From Spirochaetaceae bacterium (lineage in GTDB: Bacteria; Spirochaetota; Spirochaetia; Treponematales; Breznakiellaceae), in contig JAIRMP010000121.1 of NCBI GenBank assembly GCA_031258615.1, positions 1 to 33,533 of the forward strand: a DNA stretch of 33,533 bases, read 5' to 3'. Position numbers and translations under genes: made by a program. Within the stretch, counting starts at the first letter, position 1, and each line of letters begins with the position of its first letter. The notes below the pieces were generated by a model. It ran no database searches. It was not told where the DNA came from and saw nothing but the letters and a program-made list of their open reading frames with translations. This document shows, in pieces, positions 7,066 through 16,108 of this stretch.

Positions 7066-8874
7066 ATGGAACTTTTGGATTACTACCGCGACAACCTTGC
7101 TTATATACGGAATTTGGCGCTGGAGTTTGCCGCGGAGTTTCCAAAGATAGCCGGACGTTTGGGCTTAAGCGGTTTTGAATGTGAGGACCCGTACATTGAG
7201 CGCCTGCTTGAGGGGACGGCGTTTTTATCCGCCCGTGTAGAAAAAAAACTTGACGACAGTTACAAGAATTTTCTTGAGTCGGTGTTGAATTCTATATCGC
7301 CGTCTTCCCTGTATCCCATCCCGTCCGGCGCGGTGCTGGAACTCCACTTAAATTATAACAACGAAAATGTAAAAAAAGGGAGCATCCTTCCCTGCGGCGC
7401 TCTGTTGGATGCGGTCATACCGACTATCAACACCCCCTGCCGCTTTTCAACGCTGGAAGATGTACCGATTGTTCCGCTTACAGTTACCGGTGCGGGGTAC
7501 ATAACGCGCAGCCTTTCCGATTTAGGAATCAACGAGCGGCAAGGGCTTGCCGGACTACGCATACAGCTAAGCGCCGAAGGCGACCTTACGCCTGCGGCTA
7601 TAGAGAGGCTTTGCTTTTACATCAACCTTTCCGACGCGGACGCATCGCTGTTGCTCCGCCAGATACTCCATGAAACTGTAGGCGTGTACGTCCGTACAGG
7701 CGAAAACCCGTTTAAGAGGCTCTCCGGCGCGGACTTTGAAATGCCGCTCGCTTACGGCGGAAGCTTCTTGTTTGAAAATTTAAAAAGTAACGCTTACGGG
7801 CTTAAACTGCTGCAAAATTTTTTGGCGTACCCCGCGTTTTTTAAGTTTTTTACGGTAAAAAATATTGACGCGGCGTTTCATCCCCCCTCAAAAACGGCGG
7901 AGATGATTTTTGTTTTTAACCGCCGCGAATATTCGCTTTCCTCCGTGAACGAGGGGGCGCTGCGGCTGAACTGCGCCCCGGCGGTCAACCTCTTCGCAAA
8001 AAGATCGGACAGGGTTACGATGGAACGCGGTATTTACGAATTCCATGTCGTGCCGGACAAGACCGCGCCCCGCGATTATGAAGTGGTAAACATACACAGC
8101 ATTGAATTTTTTAACGAACAGAATGAGACGCTTTTTTTGGCGTATAATTTTTATGATGACAACCCTTTCATGGAAAAGGCGGCGCGGAATTTTTTCTCCC
8201 AGAGGCGGCGGAAAAGCCTCGTGAATCCTAAAGTTACGCGGCGCAGTTCGTATGACGGGGCGGAAATGTTTGTTTCGTTTTCCGCTCAGGATAAAAAAAT
8301 GGAGGACGCCTACCAGTTCGCGGCGGAAACCGTCTGCACAAACCGTGATTTGCCGCTCCTCGCGCAGGTCGAAGCGCCCCTAGGATCCCGCAGCCCCATG
8401 CTTACCGGGGCTTCCTTTATCACCCGCCCCACGAGGCCCTGCGATTCTCTCATGGAACAAAATGGAGTTTCCGCCTTTTCAAGGTTGAGCCATATAATTT
8501 TTAACCTTTCCGCTATGTTCTGGCAGAACGGGGATATACCGCTGGAGGCCCTGCGCGCGCTCATCGCCTCATACCAGATACAACAGATCCGCTCCGGCGA
8601 AGAGATGGAGCGTATGCTGGAAGGGATAAGCGCTCTGGAACGGGAGAGCGCGTCCTTTCGTTTCATAAAAAACGGGGCTGTCTTTTTCGAGAGGGGCTGG
8701 CGGGTAAAGTTTACCCTTGATGAAAGCGCGTTTGCCGGTGTAGGCTGCTATACATTTGGAAAAATTTTGGCGGAATTGTTAAAATCTTTCACGCCGGTCA
8801 ATTCTCTTCTGGAGATTCATTTCCTGACAAAACAATCGGGGCTCATAGCGGTATGGAAAACATTAGAAGACTGA
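7066..8874 (+). CDS. tssF: T6SS baseplate protein TssF (ImpG/VasA)
   Basis: 602 aa. The N-terminus LLDYYRDNLAYIRNLALEFAAEFPKIAGRLGL...DPYIERLLEGTAFLSARV is characteristic of TssF. Confidence 0.9.
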   Translation: MELLDYYRDNLAYIRNLALEFAAEFPKIAGRLGLSGFECEDPYIERLLEGTAFLSARVEKKLDDSYKNFLESVLNSISPSSLYPIPSGAVLELHLNYNNENVKKGSILPCGALLDAVIPTINTPCRFSTLEDVPIVPLTVTGAGYITRSLSDLGINERQGLAGLRIQLSAEGDLTPAAIERLCFYINLSDADASLLLRQILHETVGVYVRTGENPFKRLSGADFEMPLAYGGSFLFENLKSNAYGLKLLQNFLAYPAFFKFFTVKNIDAAFHPPSKTAEMIFVFNRREYSLSSVNEGALRLNCAPAVNLFAKRSDRVTMERGIYEFHVVPDKTAPRDYEVVNIHSIEFFNEQNETLFLAYNFYDDNPFMEKAARNFFSQRRRKSLVNPKVTRRSSYDGAEMFVSFSAQDKKMEDAYQFAAETVCTNRDLPLLAQVEAPLGSRSPMLTGASFITRPTRPCDSLMEQNGVSAFSRLSHIIFNLSAMFWQNGDIPLEALRALIASYQIQQIRSGEEMERMLEGISALERESASFRFIKNGAVFFERGWRVKFTLDESAFAGVGCYTFGKILAELLKSFTPVNSLLEIHFLTKQSGLIAVWKTLED

Positions 8875-9902
8875 TAAAAAACTTAAGCCGCGATCTCCGG
8901 CAGAAAATTTCTTCCCCTGATTTTTGGGGGCTGGTGCGGAAACTGGAAAATAACAACATGGAAAATCCCCGCCTGGGTTACGCCAAGAGCCCCGCGTCCG
9001 AAAATGTACGTTTCGGGCAGACCCCCCACCTCCACCTGCCGGCGGGCGGCATAGCGGAGATTCTTGAGGGGAGGGACTCAGGTGTTGAGGCAATAATTTT
9101 CACCTATTTTTTTGGGCTCCTGGGGATTAACGGCCCTATGCCGCTCGAATTTACCAATTATGTTTACCGGCGTTCATACAGCTTTTACGATCATACGTGG
9201 CGGCGCTTCCTCGACATCATACACCACCGTATGCACGTATTCTACTACAGGGCATTTGCCCAGAACGAGCAGAGCGTCAGCTTTGACCGGCCTAACGATG
9301 ATCCGCTGCGGAGCATCGTGAAAAGCCTTACAGGGCTGCCGCCTGAAATTAATTACGGCGCCGCCATTGAAAAAAGCGCGCTTTCTTACGCCTGGGCCTT
9401 TTCGTTTACCGCAAGAAACCGGAGCGGACTCGAAGAAATGCTGCGCCGGCTGCTCCGAACCCGCGTAGAGGTAAAAGATTTTGTTACGGCGGCGTACGAT
9501 ATTTCCCCCGATGACTACGCCGTCCTCGGCAATCCTAAAACGGCGGTTCTCGGCGTGAGCCTACAGATAGGACGCACCTATCTCAGCGCCGCCCATAAAT
9601 TTGAAATACGGATAGGGCCTGCCAGCTTTGATATGTTTCCGGGGTATAAGCGCCGTTCATGGAGGGCCACTCTAAGAGCGTTTTTGCTGATACGGGAGCT
9701 TGTGAAACTCTACCTCGATAGGCCCCTTGATTACAGCATAGTGGTGAAACTTGTAAAAGGCTCTATGCCCGCAGCCATGCTTGGGTCTGAAAAACAGGAA
9801 GGCTTCCAGCTTGGATACAACTGCTGGATAGGCAGCACAGACAGGGAACTGGAACTTAGAATAGACACGTCCAGGTTTAACCGTATGAAGTGGATGAAGT
9901 GA
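8853..9902 (+). CDS. tssG: T6SS baseplate protein TssG (ImpH/VasB)
   Basis: 349 aa and overlaps the tssF end by 22 nt. TssG-like blocks are present: FWGLVRKLE, VRFGQTPHLHLPAGGI and FFGLLGINGPMPLEFT. Confidence 0.85.
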   Translation: MENIRRLIKNLSRDLRQKISSPDFWGLVRKLENNNMENPRLGYAKSPASENVRFGQTPHLHLPAGGIAEILEGRDSGVEAIIFTYFFGLLGINGPMPLEFTNYVYRRSYSFYDHTWRRFLDIIHHRMHVFYYRAFAQNEQSVSFDRPNDDPLRSIVKSLTGLPPEINYGAAIEKSALSYAWAFSFTARNRSGLEEMLRRLLRTRVEVKDFVTAAYDISPDDYAVLGNPKTAVLGVSLQIGRTYLSAAHKFEIRIGPASFDMFPGYKRRSWRATLRAFLLIRELVKLYLDRPLDYSIVVKLVKGSMPAAMLGSEKQEGFQLGYNCWIGSTDRELELRIDTSRFNRMKWMK

Positions 9903-9927
9903 TAGAAATGATATACGGAGGATGTAT

Positions 9928-12567
9928 ATGGGAAAGATGAAGCGGATACAGCTTTTTTCAAAACTCAATGAAAAGGCGTACAAGTCTATAGAGAGCGCCA
10001 CGGTTCTGTGCAAGGCGCGGGGCAACCCCTACATTGAGCTTTCGCACTGGGTAAACCAGATACTGCTGTCGGAAAACACGGACTGGCACGAGATAACGCG
10101 CTTTTTCGCGTTGGACGAGGCTAAGCTCTCAAAAGACATGGTAGCGGCGATGGACGCCCTGCCCCGTGGGGCATCGTCGATTTCAGACTTTTCCAACACG
10201 ATAGAGTTGGTAATCAAAGAAGCGTGGATGATCGCCTCGCTCGTGTTTTCCGAGGGCGCGATACGGACGGGCCATATCATGACAGCGTTGAAGCAGACGC
10301 CGGAATTCGCCCGCCAACTGCACGAGATGAGCGGCGAGTTTATCAAGGTAAACGGGGATATACTCGCCGAGCAGTTCGGCGTCATCGTCAAGAATTCGGC
10401 TGAGGTTTCCGTGTCCGTATCCAAGGAAGCGGGCGGGGCTACAGGGCAGCCGGGGGCTCTGATGGGCAGCGCCCCCGCGGGAAGCGCGGAGGCGTTGCGG
10501 CTGTACACGGCGGACATGACCGCCGCCGCGGAATCGGGAAAAAGCGATCCTATCACCGGCAGGGACAGCGAGATCCGAAAAATCATAGACATACTGATGC
10601 GCCGCCGCCAGAACAACCCCATACTCACAGGCGACGCCGGCGTAGGCAAGACCGCGGTGGTGGAAGGCTTCGCCCAGAGGCTTGCATCCGGAGACGTTCC
10701 CGCCTGCCTCAAAGGGACGCGCCTCCTGTCGCTCGACATGGGCCTGTTGCAGGCGGGAGCGAGCATGAAGGGCGAATTTGAGAACCGCCTGAAGCAGGTC
10801 ATCGAAGCGGTGCAGAACTCTGAAGTTCCTATCATCCTGTTTATTGACGAGGCGCACACGATGATAGGGGCCGGCGGGCAGGCGGGACAGGGGGATGCCG
10901 CCAACTTGCTGAAGCCCGCTCTGGCGCGCGGGCGGCTGCGCTGTATCGCGGCCACCACGTATCAGGAGTACATCAAATACTTCGAGAAGGACCCGGCGCT
11001 CACGAGGCGCTTTCAGAACATCCTCATTGACGAGCCGGACGATGAAAAGGCAGCCGGCATGATGAGGGGGATAGTGGGCGTACTGGAAAAACATCACAAC
11101 GTGTACATTTTGGACGAGGCGCTGGAAGCGGCGGTAAAACTTTCGCGCCGCTACATCCCCGCCCGCCAGCTTCCCGACAAGGCGGTGAGCGTACTCGATA
11201 CAGCCTGCGCCAAGGTGTCTTTGAGCCAGAGCGCCGAGCCCGCGGAGCTTGAGTATTGCCGGAGGAGGATAGAAGCCCTCAGCCTTGAAATCGACATACT
11301 CAGGCGGGAAGAATCCCGCGGCTTCGTTCACGATGATAAGACAGCCTCGCTCGAAAACGAGCAAAAACTCGAACAGGAAAAGAAGGAGGCGCTGGAAAAA
11401 CGCCTCCAGACCGAAAAGTCGCTCGTCGCCGAAATCATCGGCTTACAGAAGGAAGCGGGGACGGGCAAGGATGCGCGGGAGGAACTGGAGGCAAAGCGGA
11501 AGGCGCTCTCGGAGGAGCAGGGAGAGGACCCGCTCGTGTTCCCGCAAGTTGACAGCCAGACTGTTTCCGCCGTCATATCCGAATGGACGGGCATCCCGCT
11601 CGGCCGCATGGTAAAGAACGAGATCAAGTCCATACTCACGCTGGACACGGAACTGCAAAAGCGCGTTGTGGGGCAGGATCACGGGCTTGCTATGATTTCC
11701 AAGCGCATAACCACGGCGCGGGCGTCGCTCGCCGACCCGAACAAGCCCATAGCGGTGATCATGCTCGCCGGGACTTCCGGCACGGGCAAGACGGAAACCG
11801 CCCTCGCCCTTGCCGAACAGATATATGGGAGCGAGGAGAGCATCATCACTATCAACATGAGCGAATTTCAGGAGGCGCACACGGTTTCCACGCTGAAGGG
11901 AGCGCCCCCCGGCTATGTGGGCTACGGCGAGGGCGGCGTTCTTACCGAGGCGGTCCGCCGTAAGCCGTACAGCGTGCTGCTCCTTGACGAAGTGGAAAAG
12001 GCGCACCCGGACGTACACGAAATATTTTTTCAGGTGTTCGACAAGGGGCAGATGGAGGACGGCTCGGGGCGGCTGGTGAATTTCAGAAACACGATCATCA
12101 TCCTGACGACTAACGTCGGGGATCAGGTGATAGAAAAACTCTGCAAGGACGAAAACAACCTACCAGGTCCTGAAACTCTGGAAGAGGCGATACGTCCGGC
12201 GATGTTGCGGGCATTCCCGGCGGCTCTGCTCGGGCGTTTGCAGATAGTCCCGTACTACCCGCTCGGCAAAACCGCGCTGTATTCGATAATAGACCTGAAA
12301 TTCGACAGGATTAGAAAGCGCATAGCGGACACGTACAAGGCGGAAATGGAGATTTCCGCCGCGGTAAAGGACGAGGTCATACGCCGCTGCGACAACGCCG
12401 CTTCGGGGGCGCGGCTCGTGGACGCCGTTATCAACAACAGCATACTGCCCGAAATCAGCGCCAAGTTCTTGAACAATATAATGAATAAAAGGATACTTAG
12501 AAGAGTTTCGATAGACGTGAAAGATGAAAAATTCACGTACGCTTTTGAGAGCGAGGAGGGTGAATGA
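9928..12567 (+). CDS. clpV: T6SS AAA+ ATPase ClpV (TssH)
   Basis: Two Walker A loops are present, GDAGVGKTAVVEG and LAGTSGTGKTETA. Walker B motifs are ILFIDEAH and VLLLDEVEKAH. There is a Clp N-domain and a coiled-coil middle region. GGAGG at 9917-9921 favours ATG 9928 over 9922 or 9937. Confidence 0.93.
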   Translation: MGKMKRIQLFSKLNEKAYKSIESATVLCKARGNPYIELSHWVNQILLSENTDWHEITRFFALDEAKLSKDMVAAMDALPRGASSISDFSNTIELVIKEAWMIASLVFSEGAIRTGHIMTALKQTPEFARQLHEMSGEFIKVNGDILAEQFGVIVKNSAEVSVSVSKEAGGATGQPGALMGSAPAGSAEALRLYTADMTAAAESGKSDPITGRDSEIRKIIDILMRRRQNNPILTGDAGVGKTAVVEGFAQRLASGDVPACLKGTRLLSLDMGLLQAGASMKGEFENRLKQVIEAVQNSEVPIILFIDEAHTMIGAGGQAGQGDAANLLKPALARGRLRCIAATTYQEYIKYFEKDPALTRRFQNILIDEPDDEKAAGMMRGIVGVLEKHHNVYILDEALEAAVKLSRRYIPARQLPDKAVSVLDTACAKVSLSQSAEPAELEYCRRRIEALSLEIDILRREESRGFVHDDKTASLENEQKLEQEKKEALEKRLQTEKSLVAEIIGLQKEAGTGKDAREELEAKRKALSEEQGEDPLVFPQVDSQTVSAVISEWTGIPLGRMVKNEIKSILTLDTELQKRVVGQDHGLAMISKRITTARASLADPNKPIAVIMLAGTSGTGKTETALALAEQIYGSEESIITINMSEFQEAHTVSTLKGAPPGYVGYGEGGVLTEAVRRKPYSVLLLDEVEKAHPDVHEIFFQVFDKGQMEDGSGRLVNFRNTIIILTTNVGDQVIEKLCKDENNLPGPETLEEAIRPAMLRAFPAALLGRLQIVPYYPLGKTALYSIIDLKFDRIRKRIADTYKAEMEISAAVKDEVIRRCDNAASGARLVDAVINNSILPEISAKFLNNIMNKRILRRVSIDVKDEKFTYAFESEEGE

Positions 12568-12857
12568 TGCCTACGCCTATAGCGACTATAGCAAATTTGA
12601 CAGCCACCGGAGACGTGATAATAGGTCCCGGGGCGCTGACTACGATGGTGAAGGGGCTGCCGGTCGCCTGCATGGGGGACGCGGTCGCCGGCGCCTTATG
12701 CGTTGCCGGCGTGATAACGATGACGACGGCGCTAAACAAACTGGCCAAGGGGCGTCCTATAGCAAATATAGGCAGCTTGGTAACGGGGATTTCCATGCTG
12801 GGTTTTCCGGTATCCACGGCGGTGCTGGTCTGCCCGAATGTAAACGAGATTGTGTAG
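12564..12857 (+). CDS. PAAR-domain spike-tip protein (no extension domain)
   Basis: 97 aa. Repeated PAAR-like motifs are GLPVACMGD and GRPIANIGS, with a Gly/Val-rich beta pattern. There is an ATGA overlap with the clpV stop, and GAGGAGGG RBS upstream. Confidence 0.75.
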   Translation: MMPTPIATIANLTATGDVIIGPGALTTMVKGLPVACMGDAVAGALCVAGVITMTTALNKLAKGRPIANIGSLVTGISMLGFPVSTAVLVCPNVNEIV

Positions 12858-12858
12858 T

Positions 12859-14079
12859 ATGAGTGAAGGACAAAAAGCGCTGGAAATGCGTCTGGCGGGC
12901 GGAAAGTTTACCGATCTCTACCCCTGGGAATTGACGCTGGAAGAGGGGCTTTCGCGGCTTTACACCGGAAGGCTGACCGCTCTTTCGAATACAAAGCATA
13001 CGGCGGAGGAGCTTTCGGCCTTTGTTGACAAGGGCATTTCCGTTACTATCAGGGAAAAGCTGCTTGACACGAAAACGGACAGAACCCGTTACTTTTGCGG
13101 GATAGTTACGGCGGTAAGCTGCGAGGGAGTGTTTTGCGGCGCTAATAAGGCGGATTGCTACACGTATACATTTGTCATTGAGCCGGAAATCGCCCGTCTA
13201 AAGTACACGCGGCTCTCCGAGCCGTACTACAAGATGAATCCGGCGGATATATTCGAAAAGATACTTGAGAAATACAAGATAACGGCGAAAATAACGGAAA
13301 ACTACTTTAAGCGCGGGCAGTATTCCAGGAATCTGATGTTCGATCAGAGTAGTACGCCGGACTATAGCTTCATAGACGCCATAGCGCGGCTCTACGGGAT
13401 ATCGCTGGTTTTAACGCATCCCGCGGTTTCGCCCGGGGCGCTCGGCGCGGCGGAAGTTTACTTTTCCACAGGTGAAAAGTTTCCCGTTTCCGCCCTCGCG
13501 TACTCGGATAAACGGAGCGAGCCGGACGCGCTGCAATTCGATTTTTTAAGGGCGGACGAAAGGAACAGTGTCTGGCGTATGGATAAATTCAGTGTTACCC
13601 CGGGAATCGGCGTTGACGGCTTCAAGGTGAACGCGATGTACCCCGACTCAAATTACGGTTCGGATAACTGGAAGCAGGGTAAAACAGTTCCCGGCAGCCG
13701 GTACATCGTTTACAGGGGGCTTTTCCACGGTTATGCCGCGTCCACGGAAACCGGCGAGGTTGACGCCGATATGGACCTCATACTTACGGCAAAGACCCGC
13801 GCCGCCGAACAGGGAAAAAAGCTCTTAAAAGGGTCCGCGTCGAACATCGCTATCCGTCCCGGCGTACTGCTGGAACTCCGTCATTTTTACGGGCAGAGCG
13901 ACAATACGGTGAATACCGTACTGGTTACGGGAATAACTCTGCGCCGCAGGGCGCTCTGGCCTTCGGATCTCGCGGTTTGGGCGGAAGATGCCGGTGGCGA
14001 AATAACGGAAGTCGAGTTTGAAGGCATAGACTGGGGCGGGGGCGCGGTAAAACGTTTCTGCCCGCCGGCTGTAGATTAA
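12859..14079 (+). CDS. vgrG: VgrG N-terminal half only (gp27-like hub / phage late control D-like)
   Basis: 406 aa from ATG 12859. VgrG N-terminal landmarks are present: LEEGLSRLYTGRLTALS...RYFCGIVTAV...YTYTFVIEPEIARLKY...NPADIFEKILEKY...DYSFIDAIARLYGISLV...GSASNIAIRPGVLLELRH. It ends at TAA 14077-14079 with no OB-fold or beta-helix region. Confidence 0.75.
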   Translation: MSEGQKALEMRLAGGKFTDLYPWELTLEEGLSRLYTGRLTALSNTKHTAEELSAFVDKGISVTIREKLLDTKTDRTRYFCGIVTAVSCEGVFCGANKADCYTYTFVIEPEIARLKYTRLSEPYYKMNPADIFEKILEKYKITAKITENYFKRGQYSRNLMFDQSSTPDYSFIDAIARLYGISLVLTHPAVSPGALGAAEVYFSTGEKFPVSALAYSDKRSEPDALQFDFLRADERNSVWRMDKFSVTPGIGVDGFKVNAMYPDSNYGSDNWKQGKTVPGSRYIVYRGLFHGYAASTETGEVDADMDLILTAKTRAAEQGKKLLKGSASNIAIRPGVLLELRHFYGQSDNTVNTVLVTGITLRRRALWPSDLAVWAEDAGGEITEVEFEGIDWGGGAVKRFCPPAVD

Positions 14080-14103
14080 GATAATGGGGATTGAGGAGAG
14101 GCT

Positions 14104-15693
14104 ATGAAGTTGTTAGAGATGATAGTTACCGGTGAATGTGTCAACGACAATCCTTACAGGTTCCACGCCCGCAACCCGAACGGTACCGCCGAGCATACGG
14201 TTCATATAGTGATGCCGCTGGGCGGCGCCGAATCGGGGTTGTACCGGTCCCCGAGGAAGGGTGAGTCTGTGCTTGTGGCTGAGAACGACGGCGGCGACAG
14301 CAATATGTATTACCTCATGGGATATTTGCCGGACAGCGAGCAGCCCTTTACCACCGGTGATAAAAACAAGGTCATTGATGACAGCGGCGAGATATTCCGG
14401 TATAAAAAAACCGGCAAAAACGGCCCGGACGGTGAAAAGTATTCGGAAATCGGGTTTTACAGCAAACCTACCTCATGGAGAATGACGGAAGGAGGGGATG
14501 ATACTCCCAAAATCGACAGGATCAGCATACATTCCACCGGTGATCTTCATGAAGACTCCATAAACCACCATAAAACAAGCGCTAAACGCTTTGAGCTCCT
14601 GGTGAATTGCGGGGACGGCGATGGCGAGGGTGAAGTTGCGGGCTCCGGCGGGCAGGAAAACAAACGCCCTTTTGGGGACGGCAAGGGTGACGATTCGGAA
14701 CTTTACGCCGGGGATGCCCATATCAGGGCCAGGAACCGGCTAATACTCAAGGCGGGAGAAGAGATACGCCTGCAAGTAGGCCGTTCCGCTATCATCATCA
14801 GCGATGACGGTATCACTATTACCTCGAAAAAGTCGCAAAAAAATAACGCGGCCATTCCCTGGGATACGGTGATAAACCTGACCCCCCGCGACGGCATAAC
14901 GATGTTCGGCCAGAACGTGAATGTGGGGGCGGCTTACAACTTTTCACTACGGGAGAGCGCCGGGGGCGCCGTTTCCAGCCTGGGCGGGGTGATGCGCCTT
15001 TCCGCCCGCGACCTTCTGGCGCAGTCCTACTGCAAGGCGGGCTACCAGTCCAACATGACGGAATTTATCAGGCAATACACCGCCACGGCAAAGGGTATGC
15101 GATCCGAGGAGGGGGATGTCCCCTCTTACACCGCCCTCCTGCCGTCCCTGGTGCAGTGCTTCTCCGGCATCAACTGGGGGTACGCATCCTCCACCTCCAA
15201 CTATTCCGATCCGGCGGGGGACTACGCCGCCTACTGCGGCATCCTGCTACAGATCCTCAGCCTCACCTATACCGGACTGGACTTGAGCATGAGCGCCGAG
15301 ATGAAGCGGAGCGGCGGGCGGGATGCCTTTAACGCGGCGGTCCTGGCGGATATGCAGGAGAAGGTGCAGGAGATGCTGGGTTATATTGACGATGCCGGGG
15401 ACCCGGCGCGGGCTGTTCACAACAGCTTCATGCACCTGACATCGTCAGCGGATGCTGTTTTGAGCGGCTACGACAATGAGCGGCTTTCGGTAAACGTTAT
15501 CGACGGCAACGCGCCGCTGGCGGGAACCAGCGGTTCCCTTATCGCCAAGGAGACCGCCCGCCTGCAAAAGGGAAATTCCGCCGAGTCGACCATGAGAACC
15601 TTTCTTCAAAACGAAAAGGACCTGATTGACAAGGGCGCCCTATGGGCGCTGGGAATGGACGACAGCGCTCTAAATAAACTCAAGGAGTTATAA
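14104..15693 (+). CDS. vgrG: Cassette 1 gene 1: gp5-like spike (VgrG C-terminal half: OB-fold plus beta-helix) with a unique C-terminal extension
   Basis: GAGGAG RBS lies 5 nt upstream. OB-fold-like region: VHIVMPLGGAESGLYRSPRKGESVLVAE...YYLMGYLP. Beta-helix-like rungs: IDRISIHSTGDLHE, LYAGDAHIRARNRLILKAGEEIRLQVGRSAIIISDDGITITSKK and GITMFGQNVNV. The last ~225 aa are unique. Confidence 0.7.
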   Translation: MKLLEMIVTGECVNDNPYRFHARNPNGTAEHTVHIVMPLGGAESGLYRSPRKGESVLVAENDGGDSNMYYLMGYLPDSEQPFTTGDKNKVIDDSGEIFRYKKTGKNGPDGEKYSEIGFYSKPTSWRMTEGGDDTPKIDRISIHSTGDLHEDSINHHKTSAKRFELLVNCGDGDGEGEVAGSGGQENKRPFGDGKGDDSELYAGDAHIRARNRLILKAGEEIRLQVGRSAIIISDDGITITSKKSQKNNAAIPWDTVINLTPRDGITMFGQNVNVGAAYNFSLRESAGGAVSSLGGVMRLSARDLLAQSYCKAGYQSNMTEFIRQYTATAKGMRSEEGDVPSYTALLPSLVQCFSGINWGYASSTSNYSDPAGDYAAYCGILLQILSLTYTGLDLSMSAEMKRSGGRDAFNAAVLADMQEKVQEMLGYIDDAGDPARAVHNSFMHLTSSADAVLSGYDNERLSVNVIDGNAPLAGTSGSLIAKETARLQKGNSAESTMRTFLQNEKDLIDKGALWALGMDDSALNKLKEL

Positions 15694-15694
15694 A

Positions 15695-16087
15695 ATGCCG
15701 GGATCAATAGATATAGCAGCCGTCGTTAACAGTTATAGCGGAGATAAAACTATAACCACATGGGATGGTTTTGTTGAGGCGATTATTGTTACCGCGATAG
15801 ACAAATGTTCACTTCAAAGCCGTGTAAGCGCGGGAGCAGAGGAAGAAGAAGACTGGGCTAACACAACAGAGCGTGTGAATTTTTCATTGGGATTTACAGG
15901 CGAGGAAGTAGCTCTTCTCGGTGTGGGTTTCTCCCTGTCAGGCGCTGAGACGGGACTTCATGTCATGGCGGGTGATTGGGCGCTTCTCAAACAAATTTCA
16001 CAAATGGCTGGATGGGAAGATAAGGCTTTGGAGAAAAAAAACGTTGCAGCCGGGATGGCCGTGTTTGGCATTGACCTTATAGCATAG
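15695..16087 (+). CDS. Cassette 1 gene 2: 130-aa hypothetical protein with Gly-rich hydrophobic segments
   Basis: AAGGAG lies 7 nt upstream, inside the end of the spike gene, with a 1-nt gap to the spike stop. The ORF is 130 aa, the same length as the other two cassette gene-2 products, but I see no obvious sequence similarity to them. Confidence 0.55.
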   Translation: MPGSIDIAAVVNSYSGDKTITTWDGFVEAIIVTAIDKCSLQSRVSAGAEEEEDWANTTERVNFSLGFTGEEVALLGVGFSLSGAETGLHVMAGDWALLKQISQMAGWEDKALEKKNVAAGMAVFGIDLIA

Positions 16088-16108
16088 GGTGATTTGTGGA
16101 ATAGTATT

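Noticed and set aside
10029-11364. Long minus-strand ORFs (309 aa and 393 aa) antisense to clpV
   Set aside because: They are shadow ORFs opposite a confidently identified, motif-rich gene in GC-rich coding sequence. Their Arg/Ala/Pro-rich composition is typical of antisense frames, and no RBS is present.
12859-15693. The idea that the gp27-like/gp5-like split is just a sequencing frameshift in a normal vgrG
   Set aside because: The two ORFs are in the same frame but separated by two in-frame stops (14077-14079 and 14092-14094). The downstream ORF has its own strong RBS. The two other gp5-like paralogs are stand-alone genes with no gp27-like sequence upstream. The split is kept as a finding, with resequencing listed as the check.
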